Source: a virus (lineage: Duplodnaviria > Caudoviricetes). From it: a DNA stretch of 64,000 nt. Each line of letters starts with the position of its first letter. Positions within the stretch are counted from its first letter, which is position 1. The DNA lies in the IMG/VR virus record IMGVR_UViG_3300037067_003400, positions 1-64,000 of that record. One strand, given 5' to 3'. Positions 10,357 to 21,500 of this stretch are shown here, in pieces. The notes below the pieces were generated by a model that was not told the origin of the DNA, searched no databases, and saw only the letters and a list, made by a program, of their open reading frames with translations. The position numbers were made by a program, and so were the translations under genes.

Positions 10357-12096
10357 TTAATTATTACCTACCATACTTATTAATCTTGTTTCTAACGAAG
10401 CATGTTTGCCATAGGTTAGAGAGAAATCTTTAGTTTCTCTTGCTGTTGTAATTACTTCTGAAAATATATCTCTTACGTTATTACTATAGTTATCTTTACT
10501 TTCTAACTGCAACAGTGTCCTGTTTAATAATGTATCAAACTCCTCTTCTAAAGCATTTTCTGAAAGTAAATCCATTGTCTCTTCCAGGAGAATAGAGTAG
10601 GTATTAAGAATAGAGTTATTAGAAAGCCCTTCACCATTATGTTGGTTTTTAGGTTTTACTGTATTTTTTAATTTGTTGCCACCACCAGATGGAGCTGTCG
10701 GTCCTTGTTGCCCATCACCACTATTGTTTTGTTGAGCAAAAGCAGAAGCTCTTATTTCAGCTAATGGTATTTGGACTGTGTTTATATATAACCCAGCACG
10801 CTCTTCTTCAGTTAAAGGTTGTAGCTTTAATGCTTGTCTTACTTCATTTTCTGTTAGAACATTATTATTATAAAGAAGAGAAGAATGTGCTTCTTCAGCT
10901 CTTCTACGTTCTGAGTCTACATCATAAAACTTAAATACTACATTGCTATCTGGATCAGCTATTACATCATAACCACCTTCCATTAGTAACTCTCGTATCA
11001 TATAGTTTGTAATAAAGATAGAGAGTTCTTGATGGCTTAATCTTATTTGGTCAAACATTACAGCAGAGAATGTATCTGCTGTTCCAGTAGAAGATGTACC
11101 AGACTCACCCATTATAAGATCATTAACACCGAGCCCTGCAAAGACTCTGTGCTTTAACATCTTGAGATAACCTTCGGCTCTTAGAGCTTTCGATTCAACT
11201 CCCAGAATATGTATCTGATGCCCAGGAGGAGTTACTATATAACCATTAACAGCAGAGATATTATGTTTCTGGGCTACTGCGTCAAGGTCATCTTGTCTTA
11301 CTCCACCTACTCCAGGAATCTCTGGTAGTTCATGATGCAAAATTGGATTCAATGATTTAAAGATTAACTCTACTATCATCTCTTCACACTGTCTTAGAAC
11401 TCTTACGTCATCTAATACAGTTAGAAGCTCAGGTGTTCCCCAGATACCACCTGACTGTTGATTGTGATACATGTGTATTACATCATCAGGTTTAAAGTAT
11501 TCTGCATTACCACTTGATCTCTTGTGTTCCCAGGCTGTAACTAATCCACGGTCATCTAACACAGGAGCCATCATTAGCGGGTTAGCTGTAAAGTATCCAC
11601 CAATTGGTTTCTTACCTTTTATACCTGCTATACTTAATCCTGGGACTGGGTTATTTGTCGTCCAGCGTTTCTTTACAACGAAAGCATTTGCCATCTTGGC
11701 AAAGTCTCTTATTAATTGATGAAACACCAACTGCCATGGTTGCTCAGAAGCTATACTCATTAATTCTAATCGTAGATTAATATAGTCTATAGTCTCTTTA
11801 TTCTTTCCTTCGAGGTACCAACCTTCTTTTAGGATTTTGTTTCCTTTTTCGTTGATACCTCTATGGATATAAGAGTCAACCATATACCCATTTTGAACAT
11901 CTGATAACTTATATGGAGAAGCCTTACCAACCTGCTTAGCTCTTGATCCAGTATTACCTATATCCATTTTGAGAGTTGGATCTTTTACTAAAGGTATCTT
12001 AAGGCTCTGGCGAATCTTTCTCCCAGCCTCAAGTCTATCAATAGTTCGTATGCCAGTTATAGGTTTTGGTATTACATTATTTGATTGTATAACCAT
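10357..12096 (-). CDS. Portal protein
   Basis: ANAFVVK, F.PDDVIH, GIWGTP, T.NEVR..L.L.P portal motifs; 579 aa; synteny. Confidence 0.9.
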   Translation of the reverse strand: MVIQSNNVIPKPITGIRTIDRLEAGRKIRQSLKIPLVKDPTLKMDIGNTGSRAKQVGKASPYKLSDVQNGYMVDSYIHRGINEKGNKILKEGWYLEGKNKETIDYINLRLELMSIASEQPWQLVFHQLIRDFAKMANAFVVKKRWTTNNPVPGLSIAGIKGKKPIGGYFTANPLMMAPVLDDRGLVTAWEHKRSSGNAEYFKPDDVIHMYHNQQSGGIWGTPELLTVLDDVRVLRQCEEMIVELIFKSLNPILHHELPEIPGVGGVRQDDLDAVAQKHNISAVNGYIVTPPGHQIHILGVESKALRAEGYLKMLKHRVFAGLGVNDLIMGESGTSSTGTADTFSAVMFDQIRLSHQELSIFITNYMIRELLMEGGYDVIADPDSNVVFKFYDVDSERRRAEEAHSSLLYNNNVLTENEVRQALKLQPLTEEERAGLYINTVQIPLAEIRASAFAQQNNSGDGQQGPTAPSGGGNKLKNTVKPKNQHNGEGLSNNSILNTYSILLEETMDLLSENALEEEFDTLLNRTLLQLESKDNYSNNVRDIFSEVITTARETKDFSLTYGKHASLETRLISMVGNN

Positions 12097-12101
12097 GTGG
12101 A

Positions 12102-12575
12102 CTACTCTTCAAGGCTTTCTATTAGTGGGCCTATTCTATTTGCTAAAGTGTAATTATCAATAGGGTCATCTGGTGTAATTAATATATTAGGTAACTTTAC
12201 ATGATACCCAATTGTGTTACATATGTAACATACACGTTCTATTTCTTTTCTATACTCTTCCCAATGCTTTTTGTTTTTTGCGTTCTTTTTAAAATAAGCT
12301 GCTTCTGCTATTATGACTGCAAAAGGAGCATCGGGATAAAGTATATCTATAAATATTGGTGTGTCTACATTCCTCCAATGATAAGTACCATTCTCAATAA
12401 AAGGCTCATCTCTAAAGCTTAGCTTTAAAGCTTCTTTTATTTTATCTACTCTATTTCTTTTCCATCTTTTATTACTTAGTCTTTTTAGTGGATATATAGA
12501 GTTTTCAAATAGTCTTATTATAAAGTGGAGTATGTTAACACAATATATTTTTATTTTATTACATATCTGAATCAC
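12102..12575 (-). CDS. Possible degenerate Vsr/DUF559-like nuclease-fold protein
   Basis: FIEN...W...IFIDILYPD..FAV pattern, but the usual catalytic Glu is absent; true start is probably downstream. Confidence 0.35.
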   Translation of the reverse strand: MIQICNKIKIYCVNILHFIIRLFENSIYPLKRLSNKRWKRNRVDKIKEALKLSFRDEPFIENGTYHWRNVDTPIFIDILYPDAPFAVIIAEAAYFKKNAKNKKHWEEYRKEIERVCYICNTIGYHVKLPNILITPDDPIDNYTLANRIGPLIESLEE

Positions 12576-15500
12576 TTAGTATTGTCACTCCCAATTCTTG
12601 TTCTAATTCTGATATACTTAACTTATTTTCTTCATAAGCTATATTATCTGGATTCTTTCCAAACATAAGCATTTCTGCTGATCTTCTTGGCAGAGAATCT
12701 ACTGGATGCCAAGTAACAGAGTTTTCTATTACTACTTCTGCTACATTAGAGGGTGTCTTATTTGCTGGCACTTCTGGAGGAGGTGGCATTACAAGTGATA
12801 GTTCACTGTCTAATTTAGAGGTAGCATCTTCTGGTGTTCTTATAGACTCTACAGCATCTATATCTGTAGTATCTACTGGGAGAGCTGCTGCCGCCACAGG
12901 ATGTTTTAGTATATTGGATTGTTGTAAAGCTGTTTCTATATTACTAAGTTCGAAGTCTCCAGTAGTGAGGGCACTTTCTATCTCTGATATTATAGCATCT
13001 AACAGTGGTATATATTTTCTTGCATATATTAATTGAGAGGTTTTTTTAGTTTGATCTAATTGTAAGGTTGCATAAGTTAATTGTTTCTGACCAAAGTCAG
13101 CTATTAAGTTTCTATACTTACTAACTAAATCATATTGAGAAGATCTAAGCACAGCCATTAAAGAATCAAAAGCTCCACATTCAGTTCTGTTCAAGAAGTT
13201 ATCAAAAAAGTCATCTATTGGATCAGTTATCTGCGCAATAGTTTTAGTATATGCATCTAAAGATAACCGTAAACCCCTGTCTATAAGCATATTATGTATT
13301 TGAGACTTAGCATAATTAGCTAAGTTCTTCCAGTCGATAGACTTTATCATATAATAATGCTTTAGAGCTGACCTCATTGCTCTAAGTGATCTTAGTAATT
13401 TTTCTACACTGGTTCTACCATCATAATATGATCTACTACCAGCATTAGTTCCAAGTAAAAGATTTCTTACTAAGCATCTTTGAATTTCTCGTGCAGCTAT
13501 CTTCAACGATTCTTCTATCTCGCTTCTTAATGTGACAGACGTGTTAGCAGTTTGTTTTGAAATAGATACAATAGGAGAAATTGTAGATGAGAGAGTTGAG
13601 GTATTTGAAGAGGCATTATAGAGGCTACTGAACATATCTGATTCAATATATCCAATAGTATTTAGAAGGCTACGTTGCATAGATTCTAACTGCGAAAGGA
13701 ATAAGATTCCCTCATTAGAGTCGAAATTATTAAAATCACAGTGGTAATTTTCGTATATCTCTTTAATTATACCATTATTTGATATATCTTGTCCACTAAT
13801 TGCGTCAAGATAATCAGAAATATTTATATTATGTTTATTAATTATGCTTTGGTACTCTGTTGGCACAGGCACTAATGCGTTTGTAGTAGTAGAAATTATA
13901 CGTTCTTTTAAATTATCTATTGCTACATATTCGTCAATTAGTTTGTCTTCTGTGTCTTTTAGTTCAAGATCTATGTAGTTAACAACTAATGCTGAACCTA
14001 CTAATACATCTTCTGGTGTAAGATCTGTAGGTATTATTTCTTCTGATGTATACACCAGAGTCTTTTTATGTCCACCTCCAAAAGGTATAGAGATAAAGAT
14101 AGTCTTACTAACTTTAACTCCACCATAGAAGGAGTAGTTAAATGTATGCTTTCCTACTTGTAATTCTCTGTAAATTTCTGGGTATGTAGCAGCTCCTGCT
14201 GTGTCCAGTAGTCCAGAGGTTAATCCGCTTGTGCTTCCAGTAGGTGTTACAGTTGTATTATTGTAAGTCCAAGATGCAGTCCATGGAGTAGACGGCTGAC
14301 CAGCCGCCATAGAAAGGACAAAAGGTTTTTGATACACCGATTTAAATGGAAGTGTTACTGTTGGTGTAGCAACTGTGCCTACTTCCAAGACTGTTACCTG
14401 TACTAATTGACTATCAGTTAATGCACCATCTGATACTACTACATTAAAGTTATAAACTCCAGGTCCTTGTTCTTCAGTCGGTGTCCAGGTGAACGAGCCA
14501 CCTGTTGTCATAACTGCACCAGACGGAGCCCCAGAAAGTGTAAATGTCAATGTATTTACTGGTATATCTGGGTCTGCAGCTGTTGCTGTAAATGATAGTT
14601 GCGCTAATTCATTTATAGTTTTATTTGGTATATAAGTTAAGACTGGAGGAGCAGCTACTTCTCCAACAATCCAGTGGGTAGCTCTCATATCAGTAGCACC
14701 ATAGCTATCTGTAACTATTACATTAAAGGTATAAGTTCCAGCTCCCTGAGCTTCAGTAGGTGTCCAAGTTATAAGACCAGTACTTGGGTCTATTACACAC
14801 CCTGAGGGTTGCCCAGATAATGAGAATGTTAGAGTTTGAGCTGGAATATCTTCATCTGTAGCAGTTATCTGCATACTCATTAATGTACGTTCATTACCAG
14901 TCAGTATTGGGTCTACAGTTATAACTGGTGGAGTGTTAACAAATAAGGTTCCTACTTCTATTGATATATCTGCTGAATCTGTAAGCGCTCCATCTGATAC
15001 AACTACTGTTATAACATAAGTTAACCCTTCTTGAGACTCTGTAGGAGTCCAAGTAAAGACTCCTCCTGTTGTTATACTTGCTCCTGTAGGAGCATTAACT
15101 AATGAGAATGTAAGGGTTTGTGCAGGTACATCAGCGTCTGTAGCCGTAGCTGTAAATGTATATTCAGAGTCTCTATAAATTAATGCACTCTCTGGAACAT
15201 CTGCTATCACTGGGGCTGTATTTACTTCTGTTACAACTATCGTTACAGTTCTTTCAGCATATAGAGGTGGAGTTCCATTGTCAGTCGCTCTTACTATTAT
15301 ATAATATGTTCCAGGTCCCTGTACTTCTGTAGGTGCCCAGCTAAAGCCCCCAGTAGATGGATCTATAGTTGCTCCAGATGGAGCATCCGTTAATGAGTAT
15401 GTTAAAGTCTGAACAGGCACATCAGCATCTGTTGCTACTGCTGTAAATGTCAGTGTAGCCCCTTCAGCTACTGTCTTAGAAATTATTGGAGAAAGTGTAG

Positions 15501-18500
15501 GTGGTGTGTTTACATCTCCTACTGTAACTATTATTGTCTCCATTGCAGATAGTGGGGGAACACCATTATCAGCTACTACTACGTTAAATGTGTAGCTTCC
15601 TGGTCCTTGCACTTCAGTGGGAGTCCAACTAAATATTCCAGTGTCTACTCCAATAGATGTACCAGACGGAGCCCCAGATAAAGAGAATGTTAATATATCT
15701 GGTGGTAAGTTAGCATCAGTAGCAGTTGCTGTGAATGAAAGAGCACTTCCCTCATTAACTGTTTTGTTGCCTATTAATCCAAGCACTGGTGCTATATTAA
15801 CTGCTGATACACTAACCGTAATGGTTTCCATATCAGATAGAGGTGGTACACCATTGTCTGTAACTATTACATTGAAATTATAAACTCCAGGTCCTTGTTC
15901 TTCAGTAGGTGTCCAGGTAAAAGCTCCAGTTGGAACTATACTTGCACCAGTTGGTTCTCCAGATAAACTAAATGTTAGCGTGTTTGCTGGGATATCATCA
16001 TCAGTAGCAGTTGCTGTAAATGATAGTTGTTCTAATTCATTAACTGTCTTATTTCCTATAGAAGCTAATACTGGTGCCTGGTTAACTTCGTTTACCACTA
16101 TATTTACTATCTGAGTATCAGATCCCCATTCTGGAGTATCCGGTAAAAATATACTATCATAGTATGCTTGCGCTGCAGCTAATGAATCAAAAGTTGTGCC
16201 ATTCCAGGTGTTAAGGGTTATATTTATTGGCACAGTTTGCATATACTGCCCAGACTTACTAATTGCTGGGTCTTCTAAGACATACCAGAGTCCGTTGGTA
16301 TTTCTCATAAACATTATCTTTTCAGCTGTTGCTGCAGATAATGTAAGAGCACCAAGACTTGTCATATACGCTGGAGAAGCCACCCACTGGGTAAACTCAT
16401 CTCCATTTACTACATTGTTAAGATCTGCTCTTATATTAGTTGGAGCATAATTAGTCAGTGCAGCAAATCCTATATTTAATACTGGGTTGCTGCCCTCTCC
16501 TTCTTCTGTAATACTACTTGTATCTACTACTCTTACTGTGAAAGAATATGACCCTGGCCCCTGAACTTCAGTAGGTTCCCAGCTAAATTCTCCACTGCTA
16601 TTTAACGTAGCCCCAGAAGGTGCTCCTATTGCAGAAAATGTATAAGGTGTGACTCCTCCTACTGCTGATGCTGTAAATGATAGTGTTGCCAACTCATCAA
16701 CAGTTTTATCTTCGATAGTGGTTAGAGTAAGTATATCATATAATGCTTTACTACTATTATAAAGTGTTGTTATTTCACTACCAGCTAATGCACTATTATA
16801 TAGTCTAACTCTTCCAAGATAACTATTGAAGTAACTTGCAGTTGTGTTAGATGCTCTACCTATAATAAGATTCTGACTATTAGCTGGAGAATGCCCTGTA
16901 CAAGCTACTGTGGAACCTGCTTTAACTCCATTGACATAGTAATCTATACCACTGCCATTAAAGGTTCCTACTAAGTGATACCAATTATCTGGAGTAACTA
17001 TAACAGATTTAGCTTTACCACTTCTTGCTGCATCAAATACTGTTAATCCTACATAGGTAGAACCTGCAGAAGCAGTAGTGTAGAAATACCAGCCGTCATT
17101 AGTAGCACCTGTGCCAGTTCCCTTCATAGCAAGTTGTCTTACTGAATCAGCAGAAGGTATAAATGCCCAGGTTTCAATGGAGAAACTTGACCAAGCTTGC
17201 AGACTTACACCATTACCAGCACTTATATAAGAAGAACTACCATTAAAAGAATAGATATAATCAGTAGTAGGTCCATCAATTCTTGAAGTATTATACGCTG
17301 TACCAGTATTATCAAAACCACTATAATCTGTAATAGAAGGTCCAGCATCTTGTAAGTCATAGTCTAAAACAGCCTCATTAGGTAGTAACGTGTACTTTCT
17401 AACTTCGAAACTTGATAAAGTATCTGTTATAGTTCCTGTAACTACTGGAACTGTGGTAGTTGTTCCTCTTACATTATCTACTGTTACAGATGTAACATAG
17501 TCTTGTGGTATAGTTATTGTATGTTCTTGTGTAGAACTTGTATAGTTAGCAGCTAAACAAACTGGAACACCATTATAATCAAATGTTCTCATTACTATAT
17601 CTGCATTAGAAGTAGTTACTGGATTAGTTGCATAATCGGAGATTAAAATTGGCTCTAACTCTCTTATTTTTGATATTAAGTTTATTAGGTCTGTAGCAGT
17701 ATTAGGATTTCTATTATAAACTGTAGCGGCAGCTTCAGTGTGGAAACCAACAGCATAGAAGGTTAATCCACGAGCTCCACCTATTATAGCTAAGAATGCA
17801 TTTAGTAACATATGGTCATAGGTTAGATGTAATGTATATCCATCAACTAATTCACATGATTCTATTACATGCCATGCTGGCTTTGCTGCTACTACCTTAT
17901 CACTGAATCTCTTATATGTATTATATGCATCTAAATAACTATCATAAATATCAAGTCCACTTCTATTTTTAGAACTTATAGGATATTGATAGTTACCTGA
18001 TATGTCTCCAACATTTATACGATCAACAAAATCAGCATGGTCTCCACTTTGTGGATCAATTATAGGTTTTATAGTATCTAATGCTTTTATTGTATCGTGG
18101 TTTCTTGTCAATTCCTCAGATGCAGAGTCATATTTATCATCTGTTAGTGTATACCCACAAAGAGCTGGATTATCTTTAAATGCTGACACTGCAATTGTAA
18201 TAGCACTAAGAGTAGTAGTGGCTGCTGGTATTCTAGATAGTGCTGCCCTCCATGACAAACTACCATATGTAAATGGGTATATTGGTAAGAATGCTTTTAA
18301 TCCTATACTATCTAAAGACTCTAGATATAATTCAAAGTTTATCTGAATACTAGTAGAATCTGTTGGTATATATAAATTATATACCATAGGTATTACATAG
18401 TTAATATCAAAATCTTGCAGGTATTTTCCACTATAGCTTGTTCCATAAGATGGTGATGCAAGAGAAGCGTAAGAGGTATATCCAATTAATGGAAATATTG

Positions 18501-21500
18501 TTGTTCCATTATCTATCGTTCTACCCTTATCATCAAAGTAAATAGATGGTAATGTAGATCCTGCTGGTTTCACTATAACTGATAAGTCTTTTGTTATTAC
18601 TACTGCAGATGTTGCTTTATCTCTTACTATAGTAGTTACAGTATATTCCCCTGTAGTTGCAGCATTAAATGTAGTGAAGCTATGACTTACATCTCCGGTA
18701 TCTGGAACATCCATAATAGTAGAAGTTTCTATTATAGTATCAGTTGGGCTATATAAAGTAGCATAAGATTCTAAAGTTGATAATGCTACAGAGTTTGCAG
18801 CTGCTGTTAATTTTCCAGTTACCGTTATATTATTAGCATCCCCTTGATACCAGCACTCTAATGTATCTGGGTGTGTTATTTTAAAGTTGTATTCTGGAAT
18901 ATAGTACTCTTCTAATTTACAATCATCAAAATATACTGTGCCACTAAAATCTCCATATAACCCAACTCTATATCCTATACTATCAATGTTTTCATGTGTA
19001 GGTTGAGTTATAACAGTTAGTTCATACCAGGTATTATTAGGTAAATTAGGGTCTGTACAATTATAATAAGCTGAGTTTATAGAGGAAAATCCTTGTGATG
19101 CACTATCAAATTGTATAGGTGACATAGCTATATAACCGGTATTAGCACTGGCTGGTGAAGCTATTGTATCTATAACTTTTACGTACGTTGTTAACTTGTA
19201 TCTATAATTAGGTTGTATACCGTATACTCTGTTTTGCGCATAAGTTGAGCCATCGGCTGTAGCCTTAGTTAAACACATTGAGAAAGAGCCACTGTTATAT
19301 TCTGTGTTTACAATAGCTGTTCTTGCTGCAGTATAATTAGTCCACCCTGATAGTGTCCCTGTTTCAAATCCAGGATTTACTAGTAAGTTTCCTGTTAAAT
19401 CATTGGGTGGCACTAACTCATAAGACCTTGCGCTTAAATCTCTTATAGTATCTGTAAAGTATCCAGCAGATGTAAATAGTGTTCGTATTGAAAAATCCAT
19501 ACCATTATAGGTATCATCTAAAGAACCATACCAGACTCTTATAGTATGCGCTGGTAATCCTTGTAGATTAAATGTTACATTGCTTGTAGTAGTTCTTGTA
19601 CCTACTTTTATCTTTTCCACTGGGAGGTAAGCCTTTGTATTTGGCCATACTGTAGAACCAGTAGCAGAAGTTACAGTAAAAGTAGATGGAGATGGTGTAG
19701 TATCTATTGTGTATACTACTTCACTGTCTATCCATCCAGTAGTAGCTGGGCTATCACCATAAACCTTAGTAGCACCATTTAACCCTCTATTAAACTGTAT
19801 GGTATCCCCCGTGGTTAAGCCATGTGGGTGTGTACAATCATAAACACCAGTGCCAGCTTCAAAATGTCCCCATATAATAGATGATGTATTACCATTAGCT
19901 GCTAATATGTAGTTCTTACCATTATAGGTTCTTGTTAATACTTTTACATCTGATGCATTAGCTGATACTTGAGTAGTAGATGTTAAACCAATAACTGCAT
20001 TAGTAGCCTTAGATACAGCAGTAGCTGCTTTGTGTAATTCTAGTCTCTGCTTTTCTGATAGGTAGCTATATCTAAACCAGTCTATACCACGAGCACCAGT
20101 AATCAAAGCCATATAAGCTTCAAAAATATAATCTTTACTTCTAAGGTTTAATGGTGCTTCGTAGCATTCTAATACTGAAAGATTAGGTTTATTTAATAAC
20201 CAGTTAGTTCTAGCTTGATGGTCAAGATACGTTCTTGTAAAGTGTGGTATGTATCCTGAGGTCTCATAATGAGCATAACTAGAGTAGTAATAGTAGTATG
20301 GATACGCTGTAAATCCAGCAGCATCCATATCCATAAAGTTTCTATCTGAGGTTCTTTCTCTATAACAATGGTCTATAAATACAATGTTTTCTTTATCCCA
20401 ACTCTTAATTTTTGCATATCTATCTTTACAAAAAGCTACTTCATCAGTAGATTCTGGCTCTTCAAATATCATCCAGCCTAGCATAGCTGGATGTGATTTA
20501 AATGTATCTACCATACCAGAGGCTACCATATCAGGGGTAGTCCAGCTTATACCACATGTTGGGTCAGTAAATGAATACTGCATATTTGCTGGGGCCACAA
20601 ATATAGAAGATGGTGAAGCTGCATTAAGACACCATAGATAATCTAATCCAACAGTAGCACATTCATCTAACCTTGTTCTTAGACCAGTTAATCCCTCTCC
20701 CGTATTAGCACTACCATATCTTGAGAAATAGTCATGGATAGCTGTAAAACCAGAATCCTTTAATGTCTGCAACATAGAAACTCTGTTGACTAATGGGAAA
20801 TTTCCTACGTCAGTTGATACCCACTGCACTATTGGGAAGTAAGGTGTGCCACTCTTTAGAAATCTACCATAGCGGTCAATAGAAACCTTTTCTCTGGGTT
20901 GGGTCTTATATTCTATGTTACGTGTGTAACGTTTCTCCGTGCCGTCGTAGCTTGAAACTATACTGCTATCTGCTACATTATAGATATAGGTATCTAAGAT
21001 ATAAGAGGACGCAGATATCCCAGTCATAGGGAGTTCAATATCTATATAGTTAAGCCCATTAGCTATAGAAGTAGTTGCTGAAGATATAACTGTAGATGTG
21101 TTAACATTTTTAAGTAAAAGTGCTAGTCCCAAAGCAGTTGGATTTACTGTATTGGATTGTATAAAGTTTCTTGTATATAAAGAAGATGGTTCATCAGTAT
21201 AAATTCTATTATTATAAGGTAGACTGCATAGAAATACTGGGTCTCCTGGTAGTAGTTGCCCACCCTGAGGGTCTGTTACCCTGAGTTGCACATCATCTAT
21301 TAAAGCTGATCCAACAGTAGATTGATTAAGTCGTATTTTGAAATAGTGCTTAGGAGCTACGATTGTAGGAACTTCATCTACGAAGTTTGCTACATCAGTG
21401 GATCTTTCATTAGATAATGGGACAGAAAGGTAGCACCCAGAGAGCCCTGTAGCTGATCCTGCTATTACATCATAGTAAAAATATGAAGACCATTTGACTT

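Noticed and set aside
14390-16735. Diversity-generating retroelement or intein explanation for the repeats in the giant gene
   Set aside because: The repeats are diverged protein-domain copies; no reverse transcriptase, adenine-specific TR/VR pair or intein terminal motifs were seen.
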